A stretch of 51,836 nt of DNA. It comes from Patescibacteria group bacterium (GTDB lineage Bacteria > Patescibacteriota > Minisyncoccia > Phycocordibacterales > UBA918). The translations under genes were made by a program, and so were the position numbers. The notes below the pieces were generated by a model, which was not told where the DNA came from, searched no databases, and worked only from the letters and a program-made list of their open reading frames with translations. The DNA lies in the NCBI GenBank assembly GCA_018608435.1, contig JABAZV010000007.1, positions 13,946-65,781 of the forward strand. The letters are read 5' to 3'. Positions 1 through 9,284 of this stretch are shown here, piece after piece (positions within the stretch are counted from its first letter, which is position 1; every line of letters begins with the position of its first letter).

Positions 1-303
1 ATCTTCAGCAAAGAAACTCGTGAAAATCATAACTGGAATATCGCGCGTTCTTTCATCTTTTTTTAATAATTCGAGTGCGGCAAATCCATCGCGTTCTGGC
101 AATCTTTCTCCATTACCAATCATTAAATCCATCGAGATTATATCTGGCTCGGCTGCAACCACATCGGCAATTAAATCACCATCGGCATCAGCACGCAGTG
201 TGAGAGAAAAACCAGCATCACCAAAAGTCTTTTCGTACAAAGCACGGTTTGATTCGCTATCTTCTACAATGAAAATCTTTGGTTGTTTGTTTTTACCCCA
301 CAT
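1..303 (-). CDS. Response regulator receiver domain protein (3' end runs off the window)
   Basis: Not in the ORF track. Manual translation from ATG 303: MWGKNKQPKIFIVEDSESNRALYEKTF...EPDIISMDLMI...DGFAALELLKKDERTRDIPVMIFTS, with the receiver ED, phospho-Asp and T/S motifs. Confidence 0.9.
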   Translation of the reverse strand, partial: MWGKNKQPKIFIVEDSESNRALYEKTFGDAGFSLTLRADADGDLIADVVAAEPDIISMDLMIGNGERLPERDGFAALELLKKDERTRDIPVMIFTSFFAED

Positions 304-315
304 GATGTTTGCAAA

Positions 316-2427
316 TTAATCTACCTCACCATCTTCGCTCACCATTTGTGTTTCTATTTCGGTTTCAACTGGTGATTCAATCTCAGGTTCGGCTACTTGT
401 ACTTTCGTCTTGGTAGACTTTTTAACTCTGACAGCTTCTTCCTCTATTATCTCTTCGTATTCTTCGATTGCATCAACCGTTTCTTTTTCGGTTTCAGCTG
501 CTTGCTCTCTTTCTTCTTTTTCTATTTCTGCATTTTCTTCAGGAGCATCATCTGTTGCAAATTCTTCAAACATTGCAGATCCTGCAACGTCGACTAATTC
601 AGTATCGGTTGTTGTGCCTACAGCTTCCGCTTCTACGATTTCATAAGCAGCGACCAAAACTGTTGTGCTTGCTGTCGAAGTAGCCTTATTTTCAGACTCG
701 CTTTCTATATCGTTGTCAGTAGATGTGGTTGAGGCCGTAGAAGTTTCAGTGGTCGTTCCGCTAATTAGAGCAAATGCTGTAGTCGCTGTGGAAGTTGCTG
801 GCAAGAGAGTTGAGAGTGACGAAGCACCTGTCGCTGCTCGACAAGTTTCGCAAACAAACTCAACGACTGCACTCGCTGCCACATCAACCAAACCACTGAC
901 AAACCGAGTATTCAAGAGTGGGTTTTCAGGTCCAGTGGCAACCAGCTTGAATCTTATTTCACCAGCGATGTTTGCTGGTACGATAAATTCATAGAAACCA
1001 TCGTTTGGAACATTTAATTCAATCAGATGGATTTGGTTGTCACTACCATAATAGTAAAGATCTATATGTAATTCTTCATCGGCGCCGTTTAGATTATTAG
1101 CTTCCCATTCGATTGTAATAGTATCTCCAGCAGCAACAAACGCAGTGGCTCCAGAAGGAGAAATTACTGCTGCTGTTGGCAAGCCTAGCTGCTGCCAATC
1201 GTCTGCCGTGTTGGTATCAACATCGTATGGTAAGCGCGCTAGCAAGCGACCAGAAGAAGCGGTCAAAGAATCTGCAGCCCACGGTGATTCGGTATCACCC
1301 CAGTTAAGTGAGTCGACGGTTGCGCCGAGACTGTCGACAAGATGTAGACTATCTCCGAGTGTGCGCAATCCATTTCCAATTAATTCATCTTCTACTAGGA
1401 TAAGTGGAATTCCCCAAGGGATAGAGATTTCTGTATGAATTGTTGGTTTGGTTGCGATTAAGGCAAAGCCTCCAGACGAAACAGTTGTAGTAGAAAGATA
1501 GTCACAAACAGCAGCGTCGCAAATCTGCCAGCCAGCCAAATCAATATCGTCTTCCGTGCGATTGTATAACTCAACCCATTCTTGCGCCTCTGATACTTCG
1601 CTACAAAGCGGGAGTTCGTTGTTGACTACTTGAATCTGCAAATCACCTGAAGAAAGTTGGGCACTAGTACTACCGGTTGCACTACGACAAGTTTCATCAA
1701 CATCATAATCAAAGTAAATTTTACTGATAAGAAGACTTGGTACAGTGATGGAATACTCAACCCTTTCAGTATCATTGTAACCGCCTTCATTGTAGCCATG
1801 GCGGGTTTGCCAGCCGTTATATTCTATAGCGAAATTACAAGTTTCTCCGACAAAAGCTTCCATACCTGAAAAAGAAAACTGCCATGTATCGAGCACAGTA
1901 GTGCTAGCGGTGTAAAGTTCTTTAAGCAAACCTTCGTACATAACTTCCTCATCCAAAGTCGCTGTCACATTTAAAGCCGCACACAGTGCCTCGCTCCCAG
2001 AAAATGCCGTGGAAGAAGCATGATAATAAAATGGGTTACTGAATTCTTCAGGAGTAATGTCGACTGACCAGGTATCTGTAGTAGTTCCTATAAATGGTGT
2101 GTGTTCAAGAATAAAATCAACTCCCCCAGTTGCGATCACGTTCTGCTCACTGCGCTCGATGTCATTATAGAAAGAAACTGTACTACCAACAGTCGATACA
2201 CCAAGCAAAACAATGGCAACAAAGAGAGACAGAGAAAACTGCCACCACGTCCGTGATGAAGACATAGACTTGCTGTCTGCGCAAAAAGAGTGGACAGATG
2301 TTTTTCTGCCTTCAGTTTTTTCTTTCGAAGTGTAAGCAGCAGCACTCGTTGCCTGAATAATTTGTGGACCAACGTTTACTGGCTTGGTCCGAACTATATC
2401 GTGTTTTTGTTTTGTTGCTGTATTCAT
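316..2427 (-). CDS. SipW-cognate exported protein with lamin-tail domain, Ig-like domain and Ser/Thr/acidic tail (accessory fibre subunit or adhesin)
   Basis: Hydrophobic stretch followed by TVSFYNDIERSEQNVIATG (SipW-type signal); LLISKIYFD...EWVELYN...IDLAGWQI is lamin-tail-like; lies directly after sipW; true start may be an internal Met. Confidence 0.75.
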   Translation of the reverse strand: MNTATKQKHDIVRTKPVNVGPQIIQATSAAAYTSKEKTEGRKTSVHSFCADSKSMSSSRTWWQFSLSLFVAIVLLGVSTVGSTVSFYNDIERSEQNVIATGGVDFILEHTPFIGTTTDTWSVDITPEEFSNPFYYHASSTAFSGSEALCAALNVTATLDEEVMYEGLLKELYTASTTVLDTWQFSFSGMEAFVGETCNFAIEYNGWQTRHGYNEGGYNDTERVEYSITVPSLLISKIYFDYDVDETCRSATGSTSAQLSSGDLQIQVVNNELPLCSEVSEAQEWVELYNRTEDDIDLAGWQICDAAVCDYLSTTTVSSGGFALIATKPTIHTEISIPWGIPLILVEDELIGNGLRTLGDSLHLVDSLGATVDSLNWGDTESPWAADSLTASSGRLLARLPYDVDTNTADDWQQLGLPTAAVISPSGATAFVAAGDTITIEWEANNLNGADEELHIDLYYYGSDNQIHLIELNVPNDGFYEFIVPANIAGEIRFKLVATGPENPLLNTRFVSGLVDVAASAVVEFVCETCRAATGASSLSTLLPATSTATTAFALISGTTTETSTASTTSTDNDIESESENKATSTASTTVLVAAYEIVEAEAVGTTTDTELVDVAGSAMFEEFATDDAPEENAEIEKEEREQAAETEKETVDAIEEYEEIIEEEAVRVKKSTKTKVQVAEPEIESPVETEIETQMVSEDGEVD

Positions 2428-2432
2428 GCACC

Positions 2433-3005
2433 TTAATTACTCTCTGTATCGTCAATCTGTTCGGCACTAACTTTTGTTTGTCTTCTCCTCTTTTCCGCTC
2501 TAATCCGTCGCATTTCTTTTATTATATTGACTATTTCTCCCACCATTATCACCACGGCCGGACCTATGACTAAGAACATGAAGCCTATCTTGGTCTTGGC
2601 GAAAGTAAGGACGTATCCTACGTATGGTATAGAAAAAGAAACTTTTCCAATAATGTCTGACCTGCGTACACTGCCAGAATCATTGTCACCATTTGCGTCG
2701 CCTTTAGTGATGAATACTTTCTGAGTTCCTGAAAGATCTTCTGCCACAATTCTGTGCGTCACCGGCACTTGATCGCGAGTGTCTCTACCGAAAGTGATTA
2801 CGTCACCAACAACGTAGTTGTCAGCTGGTTTTATAACAACCACGCTACCCGTATGGATAGATGGTTCCATTGAACCAGAAAGAACTACCTTTACTTGATA
2901 CCAATTATCGATCGGAAAAAGTGACGATACCAGTAGCGCAATAAGCGCTACTAGAATGGTAAAAAAAATGTAGTGAAGGATGTTTAGGATAATTTTCATG
3001 CGCAA
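2433..3005 (-). CDS. sipW: Signal peptidase I, SipW/ER-type (S26B)
   Basis: VVLSGSMEP (catalytic Ser), GDVITF, VTHRIV (His), FITKGDAN; N- and C-terminal TM helices. Confidence 0.93.
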   Translation of the reverse strand: MRMKIILNILHYIFFTILVALIALLVSSLFPIDNWYQVKVVLSGSMEPSIHTGSVVVIKPADNYVVGDVITFGRDTRDQVPVTHRIVAEDLSGTQKVFITKGDANGDNDSGSVRRSDIIGKVSFSIPYVGYVLTFAKTKIGFMFLVIGPAVVIMVGEIVNIIKEMRRIRAEKRRRQTKVSAEQIDDTESN

Positions 3006-3090
3006 CGATGTACAAAACTGTGGCTATAAAATGTGGTTGGGGGTGCTTGATTGAACTGTATGATTATAAATAAGATTATTTTGTAAGGCT

Positions 3091-3144
3091 TTGAAGCCTT
3101 TGTGGGTGGGCGAAGCTTTGCTTCGCCCACCGCAAAGGCATCAA
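3091..3144 (-). terminator. GC-rich intra-operon hairpin between the tasA genes and sipW
   Basis: gcctttgtgggtgggcgaagc-ttt-gcttcgcccaccgcaaaggc imperfect inverted repeat about 20 nt after the stop of 3166..4590; no long U tract. Confidence 0.6.
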
Positions 3145-3165
3145 TGAATTTTTAGATACTTAAAC

Positions 3166-4590
3166 TTAGTCGATTAAGTTCTCGGAAATTACATTGAATA
3201 CTTGACACGCGGCCACATCACCTTCTCCAACTGTGATTGTAGCTGTATCGGTAGTACCAATTTCACTACAGTCACCAGAGTAGGTTGCTTCGAAAGTTAT
3301 GTTCTGTGCGCCAACGTAGCTTTCGGAGATAGTATATGTACCAGGAGCAAGGTTCCCTGCCACTTCATCTGAGAAAGCGGTTTCTTCCAAAGTAGAATCG
3401 TTTGTTACAACAAACGGGAAGTCGCTCGGGCTAGCCGTGAGGCCTGGCGAAGTGAAAGTAACCAACTTATCAATCGTTAGTTCCGCTTCTCCGACATCGT
3501 CGTTAGTGATAGTACACACTGCTTGGTCAAATTCAGCTACTGTCACACTTCCGTTTGCGTCACAGTCGCCACCGAAAGTAGCGTTGTAGCCATCTGGACC
3601 AGTTTCAGAAATCTGATAAGTTCCACTAGTAACTAACAACGCTTCTCCGCTAAGCACTTCTACGTCTTCAACAAAGTAAGAAAAGTCTTCCACAGCTGAA
3701 GTTCCGTTGTCGTCGTTAGTAACTTCTTTTACTACTGTAATAGTAGTTCGTTCCGGCAATGGCTCACAAGTGAATTCACCATTGTGTCGCGCTTGTTCTG
3801 CATGGAAAGCAATGTCTGCTGTCATGCTGTCAGTTTGCGTCACGTTATCTACTGGTGCACCGTCACAAGTAAATCCAGTTCCTCGGTCGAGCGGACCATT
3901 GTCACCAGTTTTACCAAGACCGTCTTGATCTACAGCGTCATCTTCCATAACACCGAGACACCAAGCCTTGCCGATGAAACGAGTTTCGTCACCAGGCATA
4001 GGACCGTCATCGCCCCAAATGTTTCCTTGTGAATCAGCTAGAGCGATTGTTACCGGTTCGTCGATAGTCATGTCGCCAAAGTTTCCAGCTGGCAAAAGCG
4101 TTTCGTCGTCCTCGTACACATTGTCTCCATCATCTGCCCACCACATGAAGTTGATAGCTTCTGCAAGTTCACCTTCGCCGACTCCGTCTGTAACGTCTCC
4201 GTCACCAGCTTCTGGCTCAGTAAGACCATTATCATCGTTACTTCGAAGTGTCACATCAACACAAAGCCATGATGGATTGTCGTTGATATGTAGAGAGATA
4301 GTATCTTCTCCCCAGTCCCCTGGCTTAACGTCACCGAAATTGAAGAACAGGTATGAGCCGTCACCTGAAGGCCCTTCTCCATCATCAAGGTTGCGTGCTT
4401 CAAGCCAGGTTGTACTATCGTACAGCTCGCCGTTGTAGTAGCTCTCGTTGTCGATGGTAAGATCAACAGCTCCAGCAGTGAAGGTGTTTCCGGTAGACGC
4501 TTCATCATCTGAGAAGATGGCTGAAGTTGCGCCAACACTAAGCGAACCAACTACCGCAAGGACTCCTAAACTAAGTAGAATTTTTTTCAT
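3166..4590 (-). CDS. TasA/camelysin-family SipW-processed protein with two C-terminal Ig/SpaA-like domains
   Basis: MKKILLSLGVLAVVGSLSVGATSA-IFSDDEASTGNTFTAGAVDL signal and donor strand; FNFGDVKPGDWGEDTISL core; TITVVKEV...CTITND and LTIDKLV...CQVFN repeats. Confidence 0.85.
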   Translation of the reverse strand: MKKILLSLGVLAVVGSLSVGATSAIFSDDEASTGNTFTAGAVDLTIDNESYYNGELYDSTTWLEARNLDDGEGPSGDGSYLFFNFGDVKPGDWGEDTISLHINDNPSWLCVDVTLRSNDDNGLTEPEAGDGDVTDGVGEGELAEAINFMWWADDGDNVYEDDETLLPAGNFGDMTIDEPVTIALADSQGNIWGDDGPMPGDETRFIGKAWCLGVMEDDAVDQDGLGKTGDNGPLDRGTGFTCDGAPVDNVTQTDSMTADIAFHAEQARHNGEFTCEPLPERTTITVVKEVTNDDNGTSAVEDFSYFVEDVEVLSGEALLVTSGTYQISETGPDGYNATFGGDCDANGSVTVAEFDQAVCTITNDDVGEAELTIDKLVTFTSPGLTASPSDFPFVVTNDSTLEETAFSDEVAGNLAPGTYTISESYVGAQNITFEATYSGDCSEIGTTDTATITVGEGDVAACQVFNVISENLID

Positions 4591-4595
4591 ATTAA

Positions 4596-5912
4596 TTAGA
4601 CAGGATTAGCCACTGTTACTGTTAAATCAACCGGAGTGCCGACCACACTACCGCCAGTTTCATCGAGCACGCTTACCGTAATGACATGCGCACCTTCTGC
4701 TGCATTTTGGTAACAAACGCCACGGTTTAAGTTGATATCAAACTCATTGTCAGCGTCAACTGTGTCGCTGTTACATTCACCTCCCGTAGTACCGAGGAAG
4801 AATGAACCACCTGCTGCAGCATCATCTACCATGATTACTCGACCAGGAAAATCATCAAGGTCACCAGACACACTAGCAACAAAGTTTGCTTTCTCGGTAG
4901 ATGTAGCCATGGTTGATGTTGGCGCTACTGTCAACATCATTGTTGGATCTGCTACTACTACTGCACCAGCAAATGGATTTGGATTGTTTCGGTGCTGTTC
5001 TACTCGGAAGATCATGTCAGCTCCGAAAGTGTCTGTCTGGGCGTCATTGCCAGTCTCTAAGAGGGGTAATTCCCAAGCCAAACCAAAGTAATAAGTCACA
5101 CTTGGTACCATACGACCATCTTCAGCAAAACCATGACATTCTTCGTAAGCTGTATCACCATCCCCTTCTGTACAACTTTCTAGTTCGTAGGCAGCAGATA
5201 GCACTGGAGCCAAATCAAACGGACCAATATCACCAATCAACACTTCGTCCCAGAACTTAGGACCTTCGTAATCTTGGTAAACATTGTCTCCTTCTGTTGG
5301 ATCAGTGTCACACATTGCATTGTCTGGTCCAGCTTCTCCACACTGGAAACCAGTAACTCTTCCCTGATCAACCCAACCGGTAAATACAAGGTAGTTGTCA
5401 ATTTCACCATCTCCGTCAGGATCAGAACAATCTCCTTCTTCCATGCTTTGTTCAGGATCAGTACAAGTATTGTCTACGTCAATTACGTTATCAAGCAAAA
5501 ACTGACCCCAAGCTGGGTTGTCGTATACATGAAGACTGATTGTGTCTTCACCCATATCTCCCGGCTTCAAGTCTAAGAAATTGAAAAATTTATGAACTCC
5601 AGCTTCAAGGTCAGTTTCAGCCCATGTTCCATCACAAGCGCTTCCTGTTGCTGGATAATAACCTTCACCTGGCACAAAACCATCTTCTGGCTGCCACTGA
5701 TATATTCCTTCATCCACCTCCGTACAGATCATCTGATTATAGTGCGAAACACTATCTACCCGCAGCTCTACAGCTCCAGCAGTAAAAGTATTCCCTGTCG
5801 ATCGTTCTACGTCTCCATAGAACGCAACAGTCGCACCTCCCACCAAAGCGCCAACTACACCGAGTGCAGCTACACCGAGTGCGATACCACGATATTGCAA
5901 CATATTTGTCAT
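4596..5912 (-). CDS. TasA/camelysin-family SipW-processed protein (paralog)
   Basis: GATVA-FYGDVERSTGNTFTAGAVEL; FNFLDLKPGDMGEDTISL; clear similarity to the neighbouring gene. Confidence 0.85.
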   Translation of the reverse strand: MTNMLQYRGIALGVAALGVVGALVGGATVAFYGDVERSTGNTFTAGAVELRVDSVSHYNQMICTEVDEGIYQWQPEDGFVPGEGYYPATGSACDGTWAETDLEAGVHKFFNFLDLKPGDMGEDTISLHVYDNPAWGQFLLDNVIDVDNTCTDPEQSMEEGDCSDPDGDGEIDNYLVFTGWVDQGRVTGFQCGEAGPDNAMCDTDPTEGDNVYQDYEGPKFWDEVLIGDIGPFDLAPVLSAAYELESCTEGDGDTAYEECHGFAEDGRMVPSVTYYFGLAWELPLLETGNDAQTDTFGADMIFRVEQHRNNPNPFAGAVVVADPTMMLTVAPTSTMATSTEKANFVASVSGDLDDFPGRVIMVDDAAAGGSFFLGTTGGECNSDTVDADNEFDINLNRGVCYQNAAEGAHVITVSVLDETGGSVVGTPVDLTVTVANPV

Positions 5913-5995
5913 ACGTCGAAAGTTATTCTGTTAAATAAATGCATAATCACGTTAGGTTCGCGGAACTACCACACCACAACCTTCGCTTAAATTGG

Positions 5996-6004
5996 AGTAT
6001 ACCA
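5996..6004 (-). promoter_or_regulatory. Extended -10 promoter of the tasA operon
   Basis: Minus strand TG-G-TATACT about 85 nt upstream of the 5912 start. Confidence 0.5.
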
Positions 6005-6198
6005 ACAAAAGCTAATCTGTGATTTCTGTTGATAACTGACTGAATAGTGTGCACAAGTTAATTAGAACAAGTATTTAAAGCGTATTTTAAAGTGCAGAAG
6101 CTGTGCATATTGATATGGATAAAGATTGCAAAACTTTTACACCACACTCTTCCACAGCATGGTTAATAGTTGGTCAAAAATGCGCTACACTATAGTAC

Positions 6199-6588
6199 AT
6201 GGAACAAAAAACCGTTCTCGTCATTGAAGATTCTCAGTATTTAGCTGATTCGTTAGTAGACATGCTCAAAATAAGCAACTACAAACCCACAACAGCAAAC
6301 ACAGGTCGGACAGGAATCAGTAAAGCAATCGAGCAAAAACCAGATTTAATCCTGCTAGATATTCGCCTACCTGACATTGATGGGTACGAAGTGTATAAAC
6401 AAGTAAGATCTAATGACTGGGGTAAGAATGCTAGAGTAATAATTTTAACAGCCTCAGAATCCATCGACAACATTTCCAAAAACGTCGACCTTCCACTTGA
6501 ATGGGTGTTATTTAAACCAGACTGGAGCATTCCAGACTTACTGGCAAAGATTAAAGAGAGACTAGAAATACCTCTTGTGCAAGAATAA
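6199..6588 (+). CDS. Single-domain response regulator (receiver)
   Basis: VLVIED, PDLILLDIRLPDIDG, VIILTA, FKP. Confidence 0.92.
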   Translation: MEQKTVLVIEDSQYLADSLVDMLKISNYKPTTANTGRTGISKAIEQKPDLILLDIRLPDIDGYEVYKQVRSNDWGKNARVIILTASESIDNISKNVDLPLEWVLFKPDWSIPDLLAKIKERLEIPLVQE

Positions 6589-6681
6589 AGATTAATTGTT
6601 TGATGTCTCACTTTGAAAATCAGCAACAAAATAAAATCCGCCTTTCTAGATTAGTTGTATAAAAATTACTTTAGTATAAAT

Positions 6682-6717
6682 AAAAAACTTGTGTACCCTA
6701 GGGTACACAAGTTTTTT
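6682..6717. terminator. Bidirectional intrinsic terminator (perfect 36-bp palindrome)
   Basis: aaaaaacttgtgtaccctagggtacacaagtttttt between convergent genes. Confidence 0.85.
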
Positions 6718-6719
6718 GA

Positions 6720-8042
6720 CTAATTCATGTTAAGAGGAAGGTTCAACGGTAGCATAACTTCAAAAGTGGCGCCCATTTTTTCAGTGGAAGTAAAAGATAC
6801 ACTTCCGTCAAGAACCGCTACCGCTTCGCGCACAATATAAAGCCCTAAGCCAGTACCATCCGGAACATCACGCACTGCATTGGATGCTCTAAAGAGTTTT
6901 GAGAAAACCTCATCCTGATCCTGAAAAGGAATTCCAATACCATTATCAGCTACCGACAAAATAATTTTATCTTCTTTTACTTTATAGCCAACATGAATTG
7001 TTCCTTTGTCGTATGAATATTTGATTGCATTGGACAACAAATTAGCAACCACCATTCTTAGTAAGTTTGCATCGGAAACAATAGAATCAACAGATTCATC
7101 ATAAAAAGTTTTTATTTGTAGATTGCGCTGCTTGGAATGATAATTTTGTTCAGTCAAAATGTCTTTAAACAATTCCTGCACATTGACTGTCTTATATTCT
7201 GGCTGAAATGTGCCCAACTCGAAACGAGACACACGCAAGAAATCATCAACCAAAAGTGCCATGCGCCTAACACTAACGAGCAGACGATCGATGTATTTGC
7301 GCTGGTTTTCGGACAAGCTTTCTGGATTATCCACCAAAAGAAGTTCAGCACTCCATTTCATTCCAGCAATTGGAGTACGCAGCTGGTGCGATGCTAGAGA
7401 GACAAACTCTGACTTTGCATCTTCGGCTTTCTTTTGCTTCGTTATGTCCACCAAAGTAAGAAGACCTAATTGCTCACTGTCTGTTCCCAAACCAAACAAA
7501 GACATCAGTGCCCAAGATTCTCTATGGTCCGCTCGTTTAACACGCACCAACTCATCACTGATCGAGACCCCACTTTGGTATTTATATACCAGCATATTTA
7601 AGTGATCAATTTGATCACAGTTAACACGATCGAATATATTAATTCCCGCTACCTGACGCTTAGAAACACCCAACAAGCGCGAAGCAGCAATGTTTGAAGA
7701 GCGAACTAATCCATCATGTTCAATAATAAAATAAGGGACAGGGCTATTCATGTACAACTGTGCATACATACCCTGTGCGCCATACGCTGGAAAAATATCA
7801 CTTGCAATTTCGGGTCCGCTAAGATTTTTTAACACTGAGCGAGCCTCACTTATCTGTATCCGATCAAATATGTACAGCGACGCCAAAGAGCAACACAACA
7901 GTGCAAAAACAAAAGAAAGTGCTTCAACGTCTAAACCGTAATTAACACTAAATTTAACGACCAAAAAAACAAAAGAGACTAGCACAAAAAAGACGCCTAG
8001 CGCTTGTAGAAGTGGTATTTTGTTACGTTTAATCCAGTACAT
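6720..8042 (-). CDS. Membrane PAS-domain sensor histidine kinase
   Basis: 2 TM helices, PAS-like region, H-box ASHQLRTP, N-box NLLSNAIKY, DNGIGI, GTGLGL. Confidence 0.95.
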   Translation of the reverse strand: MYWIKRNKIPLLQALGVFFVLVSFVFLVVKFSVNYGLDVEALSFVFALLCCSLASLYIFDRIQISEARSVLKNLSGPEIASDIFPAYGAQGMYAQLYMNSPVPYFIIEHDGLVRSSNIAASRLLGVSKRQVAGINIFDRVNCDQIDHLNMLVYKYQSGVSISDELVRVKRADHRESWALMSLFGLGTDSEQLGLLTLVDITKQKKAEDAKSEFVSLASHQLRTPIAGMKWSAELLLVDNPESLSENQRKYIDRLLVSVRRMALLVDDFLRVSRFELGTFQPEYKTVNVQELFKDILTEQNYHSKQRNLQIKTFYDESVDSIVSDANLLRMVVANLLSNAIKYSYDKGTIHVGYKVKEDKIILSVADNGIGIPFQDQDEVFSKLFRASNAVRDVPDGTGLGLYIVREAVAVLDGSVSFTSTEKMGATFEVMLPLNLPLNMN

Positions 8043-8102
8043 AAAGTAAAACTTGCTTTTCTTTCACATTATTGTCTATCTCAATTTTATTGAGACCATA
8101 TT

Positions 8103-9284
8103 TCATGTTAGCAAATCAGCTACATAGGCCATTTCACCCATTTCGTCAGTGCGCATCACCACAACCTTTACTGCGCTATTGCGAACACTTATAACACCTT
8201 CTTTGCTTACCAGCACTTCATTTCTTTCACGACTAATTTCAACTCCAAGTGGTGACAAGCCAGACAGAATAATTTCACGCAGAGCCGAACTTCGCACAGC
8301 TGCCGTAGCAGTCAAAACCAAAACATCGAGTCCTCCAAGAGCAACTGCTTGAGCAGCAATTGCTCTTTGTAAGTGATAAGCAAAAACATCAAGGGCCTGA
8401 ACAGCTTCTTCGTCATGCTGCGCTCGGCGATCTAACAATCGTCTGATATCAGCATCTCCTGCTAAGCCGGCTAAGCCACACTTGCTATTAAGGTACATCT
8501 GAGCATCGATCGGACGCCAGTGTTTTACTCGCATCAGCTCAAGCAAAGCTGCTGTATCCACATCTCCACCTCGACTACTCATTACTACACCAGTAGCTGG
8601 CGAAAAACCCATAGTAGTATCAATACTCTTTCCATTCTTAACCGCAGTAACACTAGCGCCGTTACCCACATGGCAGACAACTAATCTCTCTGGATCTATT
8701 CCTATAAGAGGATGTATGCGACGAAGAATAGAAGCAACCGACAATCCATGGTAACCAAAACGATGCAAATCATACTCAGCCACATCTGCTCTATGAATGG
8801 AGTAATTTCTTGCCCGCGGTGGCATGGTTGCATGGAAAGCACTGTCTGAAGCAGCTACAATGCGCTGATTTTTAAAACCTTTCCTCGCGTTACTTATTTC
8901 TCTAAGTATTATTGGTATATGAAGAGGAGAAAATGTTTTTCGACTCTCTAACTCTGCTACGAATGCATCGTCGATCAGTCTATGCTGCTGAAAAAAAGTC
9001 CCTGGCGCTACAATGCGCACCACTATTTTATCAAGCTTGCAGCCAGGTGAATTGCGGTGCAAATATTCATTTACTTCAGTTTTTACACGATCAAAGGAAT
9101 CTGTAAATTCTCGCTTCGTTACCGGCTCACATATTTGTTTTGTGCCATTAATGTTTGTGCACACCTCAAAACCATTGTCAGTCGACTCGAAACGCAACTC
9201 CAACACTACTCGCGCATCAACAAAAAGAGCGTATTTACGTGAGGAGCTACCCGGATTTATGACTAACGTCGATGCCATGTCCAA
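8103..9284 (-). CDS. ackA: Acetate kinase (divergent)
   Basis: LVINPGSSSRKY, PLH, RFGYHGLS, CHVGNGASV, DTTMGFSP; follows phosphoketolase. Confidence 0.88.
   Translation of the reverse strand: MDMASTLVINPGSSSRKYALFVDARVVLELRFESTDNGFEVCTNINGTKQICEPVTKREFTDSFDRVKTEVNEYLHRNSPGCKLDKIVVRIVAPGTFFQQHRLIDDAFVAELESRKTFSPLHIPIILREISNARKGFKNQRIVAASDSAFHATMPPRARNYSIHRADVAEYDLHRFGYHGLSVASILRRIHPLIGIDPERLVVCHVGNGASVTAVKNGKSIDTTMGFSPATGVVMSSRGGDVDTAALLELMRVKHWRPIDAQMYLNSKCGLAGLAGDADIRRLLDRRAQHDEEAVQALDVFAYHLQRAIAAQAVALGGLDVLVLTATAAVRSSALREIILSGLSPLGVEISRERNEVLVSKEGVISVRNSAVKVVVMRTDEMGEMAYVADLLT

Noticed and set aside
20-319. Plus-strand 99-aa ORF and the many other short antisense ORFs in the track
   Set aside because: They are shadows of well-supported genes on the opposite strand and have no motifs of their own
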